Positions 18,680 to 30,288 of a DNA stretch of 64,000 nt are shown here, one piece after another. The stretch is taken from NCBI GenBank assembly GCA_900545265.1, contig UQYI01000003.1:8932-72931 (forward strand). The letters run 5' to 3'. This stretch comes from an uncultured Eubacteriales bacterium (GTDB lineage Bacteria; Bacillota; Clostridia; Christensenellales; CAG-138). Made by a program: the position numbers and the translations under genes. Under the pieces are notes generated by a model. It worked only from the letters and a program-made list of their open reading frames with translations, was not told the origin of the DNA and did no database searches. Numbering within the stretch: position 1 is the first letter of the stretch; every line of letters starts with the position of its first letter.

Positions 18680-19408
18680 TTAGCCCCGACGGATGGCCGA
18701 CCAGTCTGCGGCCCGCTGCACCAGATCTTCAAACAGCCGCAGCATCCGTACATCGCTCTGGCATTGTGCTTCCGGGTGCCACTGCACCAATACAAACTGC
18801 CCATCCGCAGATTCCAGCCCCTCAATAACGCCGTCCGGGGCTTTGGCCGTTACGATCAGACCGGGGGCAGGCGCATCCACGCTCTGATGATGGGTGGAAT
18901 TCACATAGATCTCCTCTGTATTCAGCAGCCGGGACAGGCGGCTTCCCGCCGCCAGCTGCACCTTATGGATGGATTCCGATTGAGGATGCTTCTGCATATG
19001 CATCAGGGGCTGAGGGATGCACCGGCCTATATCCTGGTATAGGGTGCCGCCCAGCGCCACATTGGCCAGCTGGATCCCCCGGCAGATGCCCAGCACCGGC
19101 ATTCCCGTCTCCCGGGCATACCGGACGGCAGCCATCCAACAGCGATCTCCCCGGATATCCACCATGCCCAGTTCCGGCAATGGCTCCTGCCCATAAAACC
19201 GGGGATCCACATCCGGTCCGCCGGGCACCAGCAATCCATCGCAGAAAGAGAGAACCGTCTTTACATCCTCAGGATCCTTCGTTTCCGGCAGCACCACCGG
19301 CACCCCGCCGGTCTCCGCCACCCGCTGGCAGCAGGCATGCGGCGCCGCTTCCAAAATCCGCTCTCCCGTTATCCTTCTTCCCAATACTGCGATCACCGGC
19401 TTTTGCAT
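18680..19408 (-). CDS. Gamma-glutamyl-GABA hydrolase-like class I glutamine amidotransferase (peptidase C26)
   Basis: 242-aa ORF with the nucleophile elbow VLGICRGIQLANVALGG and STHHQSV...WHPE near the C-terminus. Confidence 0.75.
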   Translation of the reverse strand: MQKPVIAVLGRRITGERILEAAPHACCQRVAETGGVPVVLPETKDPEDVKTVLSFCDGLLVPGGPDVDPRFYGQEPLPELGMVDIRGDRCWMAAVRYARETGMPVLGICRGIQLANVALGGTLYQDIGRCIPQPLMHMQKHPQSESIHKVQLAAGSRLSRLLNTEEIYVNSTHHQSVDAPAPGLIVTAKAPDGVIEGLESADGQFVLVQWHPEAQCQSDVRMLRLFEDLVQRAADWSAIRRG

Positions 19409-19533
19409 ATATCCTTTCCTCCCTTTTCCGTTTTTATTTTATCTTTCTGCGCTTTATACCCGGCTTTGCTTCTGCACATAGCATGTTTATTTCCGGAAGA
19501 TGCGCTATACGCCTCTATTCCACAGGATCTTTT

Positions 19534-20412
19534 TTACTCCGTCCAGGCATACAGAGGCGGTTTTCCCTCCAAACGCCGGGCGGCTGCATCCAGCTGCCGG
19601 CACATCCGCTCCTTATCCTTGGGCAAGCGGCCCCGGATGCGCAGGGATACGCAGTCATGGAATCCCTCATACTCCAGACTCTCCACCTTCAGATTTTCCA
19701 GCAGACAGCGTTCCTCCAGCAGGTTTTCCCGCTCATCAGCCGGAGAAAAAGTTCCGTTCTCCATGGAAGCATACAGCGGCGCCCTGCGATGCAGAAACAT
19801 GGAAAAGTTGATCACCGCCGCCGGGGCCGCAGCATTAAGAAATGCCGCCGTAGCCATGGCATTCTCCACGCCCCGGCCATGACCCGCCACGCCTGTCATA
19901 ATATGAGCCCCGTACTCCATGCCCGCCGCCCGCAGCCTGTCTGTCTGGATGCGTGCCTGTGCCAGCGTATGCCCCTTATGCATAAAGGCCAGCACATCTT
20001 CCAGTCCGCTTTCTATCCCCAGATACAACCGCTCCACCCCCATTTCCCGGAGCAGGCGCAGTTCTTCCTCGCTTTTCCCTGCCACGGCCGGGATGGTAGC
20101 ATCCATGCGGAAATGCTCTGCCTGAGGGAAATAACGGCGCACCATAGAAAGGATCCCGGTAAGCCGGTCCGTATCCATGGCAAAAGCGTTTCCGTCTCCC
20201 AGAAAGACACGCCGTGGATTGCCTCCCATCGCCTTTACCCGCAGGAGCTCCTTTTCTATCTGCTCCAAAGGCAGTTCCCGGTAGGCAAGATGTTTGAAAA
20301 GCATGCAGAACCGGCACCGGTTATAGGAACAGCCCACAGACACCGGCAGCATATAAGACCCCCGTTCCATGGGGCCCCGGCAGATCCAGCCTTCATATTC
20401 CATCTTTTTCAC
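19534..20412 (-). CDS. Radical SAM domain protein, function unknown
   Basis: 292-aa ORF with N-terminal cluster motif VSVGCSYNRCRFC. Note the CX4CX2C spacing. A TIM-barrel-like remainder follows (FLGDGNAF..., LYLGIESG). Confidence 0.7.
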   Translation of the reverse strand: MKKMEYEGWICRGPMERGSYMLPVSVGCSYNRCRFCMLFKHLAYRELPLEQIEKELLRVKAMGGNPRRVFLGDGNAFAMDTDRLTGILSMVRRYFPQAEHFRMDATIPAVAGKSEEELRLLREMGVERLYLGIESGLEDVLAFMHKGHTLAQARIQTDRLRAAGMEYGAHIMTGVAGHGRGVENAMATAAFLNAAAPAAVINFSMFLHRRAPLYASMENGTFSPADERENLLEERCLLENLKVESLEYEGFHDCVSLRIRGRLPKDKERMCRQLDAAARRLEGKPPLYAWTE

Positions 20413-20512
20413 CTCCGGCTAAGTATAACACATGCCTTCGCTTCGGCGCCATGGAAGTTTTCGATACATGCATTTTGCCGCCATATCTGTCGATAAAAAA
20501 TACAAAAAAGGC

Positions 20513-20541
20513 TTGCAATTCTCCTCTTTTTATTTTATAAT
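20513..20541 (+). promoter_or_regulatory. Near-consensus sigma-A promoter driving the BCCT leader
   Basis: TTGCAA (20513-18), 17-nt spacer, TATAAT (20536-41). Confidence 0.65.
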
Positions 20542-20959
20542 CTTGATTATTAAATACAAGTCGGCTGTCTGGTAGCGTCCGCTCCGTATGGGAAGAAGCC
20601 GAACACATCCTTCTTTTGTGTTCCACCCCTGCTTCTTCAGTGTGCTGTATCTTTACCGGATACAGCAGTCCCTCCTAAGGGAACCCCTGCCACCGGGAAA
20701 AGGGAGCCCCGGCGGCAGGGGCCCTGTCTCGTTTTTCAGCCTGCGCCACGTATGAGAAAGGAGGCCGGTCGTTATTCAAAGAACCAGCGACCCACCGGTC
20801 AACAACTGCTTATTCAGATCTCGCAAAGGGATTTTTCCCTTTCGGGGTCTTTTTGACGTATAAAAACACCCAAGCATCTGCGGCGAACATTCTTTATCCG
20901 GAAGATCCTGTTTGTGGGGACTCACAGGGCTTCTTCCTAAAAAACAGAAGAGGTACATC

Positions 20960-22443
20960 ATGTAAAAAGAAAAGAATCGAAATCTTGTTTTTATCCTTTC
21001 CGTGTGCCTGACTCTGCTCATCTGTCTATGGAGCATACTGCTGCCGGATTCATTCGGCACGGCGGCAGGGAACAGCATGCGCTTTCTTACCACCAACTTT
21101 GCCTGGCTTTACTGCCTGGCCATGACCCTGTTCGTAGCGTTCTGCCTGTGGATAGGGTTGTTCTCCAAATACAGAAATATACCGCTGGGGCCGGACGGAG
21201 CCAAGCCGGAATACAGCAAAAGCGCCTGGTTCTCCATGCTCTTCTGCGCCGGTATGGGCGTAGGTCTGGTCTTTTGGGGAGCGGCAGAGCCCATGAACTA
21301 TTTTGCCGCGCCCATAGGCGGCCTGCAGAGCGGCACCGGCGAGGCCATGCGTTTTGTCTTTGCCCGCTCTTTTCTTCATTGGGGCATTCACCCCTGGGCC
21401 AATTATTCCGTGCTGGCGCTGGCACTGGCCTATATGCAGTTCCGCAAAGGGCAGCCGGGGCTCATCAGTTCCGTGTTCATCCCCCTCATCGGGGAAAAAA
21501 GAGCCCGAGGCTGGTTGGGAAAAACGGTGGATGTGCTCTCCGTCTTTGCTACGGCCGCAGGGGTAGCCACTTCTTTGGGGCTGGGGATCCTGCAGCTTAA
21601 CGCCGGGCTGCACTTTCTCACCGGGCTGCCGGAAACGGCTCTGGTACAGCTCTTATTCTGTTTCTGGCGGCGGTGTATATCCTTACGGCAGTAGTGGGCA
21701 TTGAAAAGGGCATGAACACCGTCAGCAAGCTGAATATCCGGGTCAGCATGGGCGTCCTGCTTCTGTTGGTGGTTATCGGCCCCACGGTGCCCATTCTCAA
21801 CAACCTGCTGAAAGGCGCAGGCGCCTATTTAAGCTCTCTGCTTTCCATGACTACAGAGGTAGGAGCCTTTGGAGACGAGGGTTGGTATCGCACCTGGACC
21901 GTATTCTATTGGGCCTGGTGGATTGCCTGGGCTCCCTTTACGGGCTCCTTTATAGCCAGGATCTCCCGCGGCCGCACCATTGGGGAATTTATAAAAGGCG
22001 TTATGTTCCTGCCCGCCGGTTTTTCGGTGATCTGGTTCACTGTATTCGGCACGCTTGGTATGCGCCTGGATATTTCCGTTGTCAAAGAAGCCATAAAGTC
22101 CACTTCCACCGCATTATTTGTGGTATTGCAGCAGTATCCCCTGGGCACGGTGCTGTGCGCCGTTATGGCGCTGCTGATCTTTACCTTTCTGGTCACGGCT
22201 TCCAACTCCGCTACCTATGTGCTGGGCATGTACAGTGAAGGGGGCACTTTGCAGCCTTCCAACAGGAGTAAGATCATATGGGGCGCTCTCATTGCGGCGC
22301 TGGCTGCGATAATGATGCTGGGCACGGGCAACGGCCTTTCCATGCTGCAAACCTTATCCATTGTGGCGGCCTTCCCCTTCATTTTCATCATGCTGGCAGC
22401 TATGCCCGCCCTTGTAAAGGCGCTGAAAGAAGAAAAGCTTTGA
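20960..22443 (+). pseudogene. BCCT-family (betaine/carnitine/choline) transporter, disrupted by a codon-2 TAA and a frameshift near 21650
   Basis: ATG 20960 is followed by TAA 20963. Family-like sequence occupies ORFs 21002-21694 and 21673-22443 in two frames (...FCAGMGVGLVFWGAAEP...; ...VFYWAWWIAWAPFTGSFIARISRGRTIGEF...). Confidence 0.8.
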
Positions 22444-22471
22444 CCCTGTATGGCTTTATACCGCAAAAAGC

Positions 22472-22502
22472 AAAGGAACCGCTAAAAACGGTTCCTTTTT
22501 TG
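22472..22502 (+). terminator. Intrinsic terminator after the BCCT gene
   Basis: AAAGGAACCG-CUAAAAA-CGGUUCCUUU followed by UUUUU. Confidence 0.75.
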
Positions 22503-22518
22503 CACATTATTACAGGTT

Positions 22519-23073
22519 TCAGTTTACAAGCCACTCCTTTTTCAATCGCCACAAGGCAGCCTGGAGATAAGCCAGTTCTTCCGGCGGGATCAGCAGATTC
22601 CGCCGCCAGCTGTTCAGTATTTCCTGCCTTTGCACCGGGTAAAAGGGCGTCAGGAACACCTGACTGCCGTGAAAAACGCCCACACAGCGCAGCTCTTTTT
22701 CAAAAGCCTCCTCCTCATCCTTTTCCTTGCCCAGATACGAAAGATTCAGCACCCTGTTCCAGCGGCGGCTGTCGAAAAACAGACAGTCTTTTCTGGGAAC
22801 ATTCAATACCAGCAGCTGTCCGTCTCCATATACGCCCGCTCCCAAAGCGGTTCCGTGGAGCCAGTAGGGAGACTCTTCTCCGGTTTCCGGCGGAATACGT
22901 TCTGCCATCAGTTCCCGAAAAAATCCATAAGCGATTTGAAAGCTTTTGGCCTCTGCTCCATATTTTTCTGCTACATATGCCTTTTTGACTTGTACAATGC
23001 CGTCTTTTTGCAGAGCTGCCGCCACGGCATCCGCCTGACGGGTATACAGAAGAATACAGCTTTCACGCTCCAT
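22519..23073 (-). CDS. DUF3841-like protein (paralogue B)
   Basis: 184-aa ORF with ...ESPYWLHG...LLVLNVPRKDCLFFDSRRWNRVLN...WRLKKEWL. It shares a motif pattern with the adjacent paralogue. The family assignment is from memory. Confidence 0.55.
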   Translation of the reverse strand: MERESCILLYTRQADAVAAALQKDGIVQVKKAYVAEKYGAEAKSFQIAYGFFRELMAERIPPETGEESPYWLHGTALGAGVYGDGQLLVLNVPRKDCLFFDSRRWNRVLNLSYLGKEKDEEEAFEKELRCVGVFHGSQVFLTPFYPVQRQEILNSWRRNLLIPPEELAYLQAALWRLKKEWLVN

Positions 23074-23647
23074 AGACCGCTCCTCTCAGCCACTCCCGTT
23101 TCAGCTCCCATACGGTGCCCTGGCACAGTCCGCTGCCGGTAGCAGGGTCCTCAAAGACCCTGTCCCAGCTTTGTATGATCTTCCGCTTCAGCAGCGGATA
23201 AAAGTTCCCCTTTCCGGTCTGGATAAGGGCCGTCTCATTGCCGATGCCGTTGCGCTTAAGCTCTGCTTCGTGGGCATCCCGATCCTTTTCATCCAGAGGG
23301 ATATACAGATAGTTCACCCGGTATCCCCAGCGCTCCACATCCGTCAGCACCACAAGATCCCGTGGGATCTCCAGTTCCAGACACACGCTGCCCGGCAGGG
23401 ACGGCAGTTTGTTTTCCTCCTCCAGAAACAGCCAGATGGGGTACTCCGCCCCCTCCGGGCGGGGTACCAGTCTTTCGGCATGACGGACGTACCAGTCATA
23501 CAGCTCCAGGTAATATTGACTGATAGCCCCGCTCTTTTCCTCGATATGGCTTTTTTGTACCCGGTACACACCTGTCTGTTCCAATGTTTTCAGAACCTGG
23601 GGATGCTGGCGGGTATAGGCCCGCAAGGTCTTTCCTGATAATTCCAT
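23063..23647 (-). CDS. DUF3841-like protein (paralogue A)
   Basis: Start at MELSGKTLRAYTRQHPQVL... (GAAGGAG SD); the ORF track extends to 23929. Motifs seen: YDWYVRHAERL...AEYPIWLFL...LELEIPRDLVVLTDVERWGYRVN...VWELKREWL. Confidence 0.6.
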   Translation of the reverse strand: MELSGKTLRAYTRQHPQVLKTLEQTGVYRVQKSHIEEKSGAISQYYLELYDWYVRHAERLVPRPEGAEYPIWLFLEEENKLPSLPGSVCLELEIPRDLVVLTDVERWGYRVNYLYIPLDEKDRDAHEAELKRNGIGNETALIQTGKGNFYPLLKRKIIQSWDRVFEDPATGSGLCQGTVWELKREWLRGAVYGA

Positions 23648-23733
23648 AGTCGGCTCCTTCTTCAAAAATGCAGAATACGCAAAGGGGCCGGCCATAAAGA
23701 CCGGCCCCACTGCAGCAGAGAGACATAAGAGAC

Positions 23734-25042
23734 TTATATTTTCACCTTGAATACGGTCTGTTCCGTAATATCCGTGGCCAGTGCTTCCAAAGCCACGCCC
23801 ACCCGGTGATACCGCAGCTTCCACCGCTCTGCCGCCGGAGCATTTGGATCTCCCAGCGGATAGGGAATGGAAATGGTCGGCACGATCCGGTTGGCCCCTA
23901 CGGTCAGGGACACGGGGATCAGGTTGCACATATGCACAATGGGGAACCCTGCCTTTTCAAACTCTTTTACCATCGTTGCACCGCAACGCGTACAGGTGCC
24001 TCATGTGGAGCCCATAATAATGGCGGTTACCCCGTCTTCCTGCAAAAAGGGAATCATCTCGCCGGGCCTCAGCCTCAGTAGTGCCTGTGCCTACGGTGGA
24101 ATAGAACCAGTTATGGAGCCGGCCGATCTTTCCTTCCCGTTCATAGGCGCGCATGGCATCCAGCGGCACGATCACGTTGGGGTCGGCGTTGGCGGCAGCC
24201 GGGTCAAAGCCGGCGTGGATGGTTTTGAACTGACCGGCGCTGAGACGCTCCATACCGGAAACGTCATAGCGTCCCCAGCGGGTAGCAGAGGCGGACTGGA
24301 TGCGATCCGGATTATCCACAGGAACGATGCCGCCGGTAGTCACCAGTGCCACCACCGCCTTGGAAAGATCCCGGATGGCCGGTGCAATGGGCACCATCTC
24401 CTTTTCGGGAATGATGAGCTCCGTCTGATAGGGCAGCTTGTTCATCTTTTGGATGAGCATCTGCACCCTGCGGTAAGCGGCGGTATTCTCCCTGATATTC
24501 TCCAGAAATTTTTCGTGCCGGCAGCCCCGGGGGAAGTATCCCTCTGCCAAGGCGCCCTCATTGGGCAGCCCCTGCAGGAGCTTATTGGCAAAGGCGGCCA
24601 TTGCTTTTACATCCTGACGCATCTTTACGGCTCCGTTGCCGCCCTTAAAAATGATCACATCCCGCTTGAACATTTCCACACCGGGGTTTTCTTCGTTCAT
24701 GGAAGTGATCACGGGGATATGGAGCCGTTCCTTCACCGCTTTGCATATGTTGCCGCAGGCCACGCCGTAACGCCCTGCCTGAAAGGCGGGTCCGGCAATA
24801 AACAGATCGCAGGGTTTATCCTGCAGCATATCCATGATCCGGGAAAGAGCCTCTTCCGTATGAGAGCCCATAAAGTTGTCGCCGCAAACCACGGTGTGCG
24901 TGATCTCGGCTCCCTTGAGCGCCGCCTTGAAAGCCATGCCGGGGCCCACCACGCCCTCCATGATATAGGGCTCCTGGTCTGCCTTATCCTCTCCGCCCAC
25001 ACCGGCGAAGAACTGATTGAGATAACAGATAACCTTCTTCAT
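23734..25042 (-). pseudogene. Glycine/sarcosine/betaine reductase component B selenoprotein subunit (GrdB/GrdF/GrdH family), with Sec-UGA and an apparent frameshift
   Basis: N-terminal part is MKKVICYLNQFFAGVGGEDKADQEPYIMEG... (ORF 23957-25042). The Sec motif IIMGST-UGA-GTCTRCGATMVKEFEKAGFP lies in another frame, with UGA at 24003-24001, and that frame continues to the stop at 23734. Confidence 0.8.
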
Positions 25043-25053
25043 GCCGCACCTCC

Positions 25054-25584
25054 TTAATATTCGATCATGGTCTTGACGGAGAACCCGGAGATATGATCCC
25101 CGCAGAACCAGTTGTTATCCTCCATGATAATGGAGCCGTCGTCCCTGGCGGATTTGCCCAGCTTTTCATCGTAGCCCCAGCTGCCGGACATACCGTCCCG
25201 GTTCATGGCCTCCAGATTACCTATGACCGTCTTGCAGGCGGGCAATTCCGTAAGTTCCGAAACATTCCCCGTAGAAACCAGAGCGTTCATCTTGGCGTCC
25301 AGCGTTACCAGCGGCTGGGAGAAGCCGTCCCGTCCGGTGCATTCGTTAGAAATGCCTACCACGGGGATCCCCGCATCCTCCAGAATCACCTGACAGCGGA
25401 CGTAATCGGTGTCGGGGTTGCCGTATCCCTCTTCGGTGACGATGGCATAATCCACACCCAGGTTTATGCATCCTTTTCTCCCAGGCAGACGGATCTTACC
25501 TGAAAATTCCCTATTTTGAGTTTCAAAGCAGTAACTCCTTTCTTGCGTGTGGTAATGGGGGACTCGATAACTTTCGGAGAGCAT
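25054..25584 (-). pseudogene. C-terminal remnant of a GrdE/GrdI-type reductase proprotein subunit
   Basis: 176-aa ORF. ...LGVDYAIVTEEGYGNPDTDYVRCQVILEDAGIPVVGISNECTGRDGFSQPL... matches only the C-terminal third of the family. The N-terminal two thirds are missing here. Confidence 0.7.
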
Positions 25585-25753
25585 TCTTTAATCATGATTA
25601 TAAAATTAAAAAGTAAAAAAATCAGGATGATTTAACAATTTGATCGTTTTTTCGATTACTTTACATGGGAGCTTTTTACATCCATACCTCTGGCGCAAAG
25701 AAAGTGAATGTGGTAGTATGTTTTAGAAATCTTGATTTGAAAAGAGAGTATCC

Positions 25754-26419
25754 ATGGGACGACCCAAACTGAAACAGACGGCCAGCGATGCCATCAAGCA
25801 GCGCCTTATTGAAAGCACCCGCAAACGCATCAAAGCGGAGGGGCTCTCCGGTGTGACCATCCGGAGCATCGCCCAGGACGCATCGCTGAACAGTGCCGTT
25901 TTATACAAGTATTTTGAGAATCTGGATGAACTGCTGCTCTTTGCCTGTGTGGATACTCTACGGGACTATACGGCAGCCCTGCTGGAAGCCGAAGCCAGCA
26001 CCGAAGCTTTCACGCCCCGGGAACGGTATATGACCAGCTGGACGCTGTTCTGCCGCCATGCGTTTTCAAACCCGGAAAGCATACGGCACCTGTTTTTCAG
26101 CGCCCAGAGTGCCCGGCTTAAACCGGTGATCCAGGAATACTACCGGCTGTTTCCCGGTGAGTTGGGCGATATGCCCCAATGCCTGCAGCAAATGCTGCTG
26201 GAAGCGGATCTCAGCTGCCGAAACCTGGCGGTTCTTCAACTGGTTCTGGAGGGAAAGATACCGCCCCATGAACTGGTGCTGCGAAACGAGTTGACCATCG
26301 CCGCCTTTTATATGCTTTTGACCCAGCGCATCCAATTCCCGGATCAATACCCGGCAGAACGGCAGCAGGCCCGAATGCTGGAAGCCTGCGCTGCTCTTTT
26401 GCGGCCCTTTGCCGAATAA
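25754..26419 (+). CDS. TetR/AcrR family transcriptional regulator
   Basis: 221-aa ORF with the N-terminal HTH GLSGVTIRSIAQDASLNSAVLYKYFENLDEL. Confidence 0.8.
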   Translation: MGRPKLKQTASDAIKQRLIESTRKRIKAEGLSGVTIRSIAQDASLNSAVLYKYFENLDELLLFACVDTLRDYTAALLEAEASTEAFTPRERYMTSWTLFCRHAFSNPESIRHLFFSAQSARLKPVIQEYYRLFPGELGDMPQCLQQMLLEADLSCRNLAVLQLVLEGKIPPHELVLRNELTIAAFYMLLTQRIQFPDQYPAERQQARMLEACAALLRPFAE

Positions 26420-26464
26420 ACAGTCTTCCGCAGCGTCCCGCTGGAAAGCAAGAGCTATATGTGC

Positions 26465-26510
26465 AAAAAAGCAGCCGTCTCCTCATGGAGGAAACGGCTG
26501 CTTTCTTAAA
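26465..26510. terminator. Bidirectional terminator between convergent genes
   Basis: AAAAAAGCAGCCGU-CUCC-UCAU-GGAG-GAAACGGCUGCUUUCUU. Confidence 0.6.
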
Positions 26511-26529
26511 TCGCGTTGCTGCACTCACA

Positions 26530-27678
26530 TCATAGCATTTCCAAAAAGGCTTCCAACCGGGTAGACAGCTGTCCTGCATCCCCTGTGGAGTAATCCGTCT
26601 CCAGTGTCAGACACCGCAGTCCCAGCTTTTCCATCTCTTTGCGGACGGTACGGCTCTCGATCATATAAGGGGTACAGGCTTGCAGATCGATCTCCACCAC
26701 TCCATCCACCGCATATTCCGAAACCAGCTTTTTCAGCAGCTCCATGCGCACGGTGTTGGGCGTCATAACGGCGCAGCCGATACCCAGGTACCGCTCTGCA
26801 ATGGCTGCCAGAATATCCTCCGCCTCTTCATCCACCATTTGATAAGCCGCCTTGATGCCACTGCAGTTTTCAAAGCACACCACGGTGCCGCCATGCGCTT
26901 CAATGGTCTTGATGGTCTTTTCCAGCACGCCGCCAATGGGGCAGCCCGTTACCAGGATCCTTTTGGCATGGGGATCCACCTGGTTTTCTCCGGCAGCAAA
27001 GGCCTTTTGGATATCCTCCCGCAGACCGCGGATCTTTGCCACCCGTTCCTCATGATCAAAAAGGAAACCGGATCCTTCCAGCGTTTTATACAGATCATAA
27101 CCCTGCGCCATGGGCGGATTCTGCTTTTGCAGCTCCATCAGGGCCAGCCGTTCCCTCCGCTCCAGATTGCGGGCATGAGCCGCCCTGCGCAAAGCCTCAT
27201 CGGTGATCGTTAAAGAAAAGGTCTCTTCCAGATATGCCTTAAAGCGCCGCACCTCTGCCGTCCACTCCTGCAAAGCGTCCGGTCCGCTGCCCTGGGGAAG
27301 TTTTAATATATAGGTGGGGCGAATGTGATTCAGCAGCTCATACATCTTCTTTTTTCCGTCGCAGGTGGTCTCCCCTACGATCAGGTCGGAAAAGTAGGTG
27401 TACGGGCATTTATCGGAAACGGCAAACCCGTAGCTGGATTTGATCAGCGGGCACAGGTTTTTAGGCAGATCCGCTTCCGCCGCCGGGATCGTTTCTGCGC
27501 TCATGCCGCACAGGCTCACCGGGGTAAATCCCGCCGCATCCAGAATTTCCGAGGGAGTAAAGGTGCAGAATATTCCGGCAATATGGCCACCGTTATCCTT
27601 TATCTCCTTTACTTTGAGGAACCCGTTTTTCCGGGCATCGCCAAATTCTGCAAACTGTGCAGGCAGATCTCTTGTCAT
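26530..27678 (-). CDS. 2-hydroxyacyl-CoA dehydratase / BcrC-BadD-HgdB family protein (double-cubane-cluster-type)
   Basis: 382-aa ORF ...IAGIFCTFTPSEILDAAGFTPVSLCG...LCPLIKSSYGF...GETTCDGKKKMYE...VTGCPIGG...FENCSGIK. The conserved Cys pattern fits the family. No activator ATPase gene is adjacent. Confidence 0.65.
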   Translation of the reverse strand: MTRDLPAQFAEFGDARKNGFLKVKEIKDNGGHIAGIFCTFTPSEILDAAGFTPVSLCGMSAETIPAAEADLPKNLCPLIKSSYGFAVSDKCPYTYFSDLIVGETTCDGKKKMYELLNHIRPTYILKLPQGSGPDALQEWTAEVRRFKAYLEETFSLTITDEALRRAAHARNLERRERLALMELQKQNPPMAQGYDLYKTLEGSGFLFDHEERVAKIRGLREDIQKAFAAGENQVDPHAKRILVTGCPIGGVLEKTIKTIEAHGGTVVCFENCSGIKAAYQMVDEEAEDILAAIAERYLGIGCAVMTPNTVRMELLKKLVSEYAVDGVVEIDLQACTPYMIESRTVRKEMEKLGLRCLTLETDYSTGDAGQLSTRLEAFLEML

Positions 27679-28148
27679 CCTTTTTACCTCTCTTCATTTA
27701 TGGGGCAAAATGCCGGTCTGTTAAAACAAAAGCTGCCGGACAAAACCCTAACAGCGATTCATATAAGTATATCCCCTGTTTTTTCTTCTGACAAAACGGA
27801 TAAAACGAACAAACCGCATTTTGATCGTTATAAACGATTCTTATTCATTTTGACATTCCTTCTTTGTCATCCGATATTTTTATGCGTTTTGTTTCCTTCG
27901 ATTTTTCACACTTTTATTCTGCCCGGCAGAAAATAATTTTTATTTTTTGTGTTTTCTCTTTTTTCCTGTGTTTCAGGTATTTTTTATCACTGGTTGTACG
28001 AGAACTTCGGAATTATCGATTGTATAAGTACTTGTCAAAAATGGTAAAGTATGATATTTTAGTTTTGATTTTGGTTTTGTCGTGCACGTGTATGCGCGCT
28101 GCCATGCCCCTAAAGCCAAACAACAAAAACAAGATATGGAGTACATGT

Positions 28149-30269
<2,121 letters not shown>

Positions 30270-30288
30270 ACAATCTGACTGCACACCA

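Noticed and set aside
20963-20965. The idea that in-frame TAA (here and at 52357-52359) reflects stop-codon reassignment or programmed read-through.
   Set aside because: TAA terminates well-conserved genes at their expected ends elsewhere in the window, for example hppA at 30267-30269 and the DUF1295 gene at 38809-38811. Both affected genes sit in regions with other signs of decay, so nonsense mutation or sequence error is the simpler explanation.
27679-28148. A 470-nt AT- and T-tract-rich spacer upstream of hppA. The ORF track extends the gene into it (start 27864).
   Set aside because: The composition and the translated sequence (Phe/Leu/Ile/Cys-rich) look non-coding. A good SD and ATG at 28149 fits the family N-terminus. 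No recognisable RNA motif or repeat was seen, so the region is treated as a promoter/spacer.
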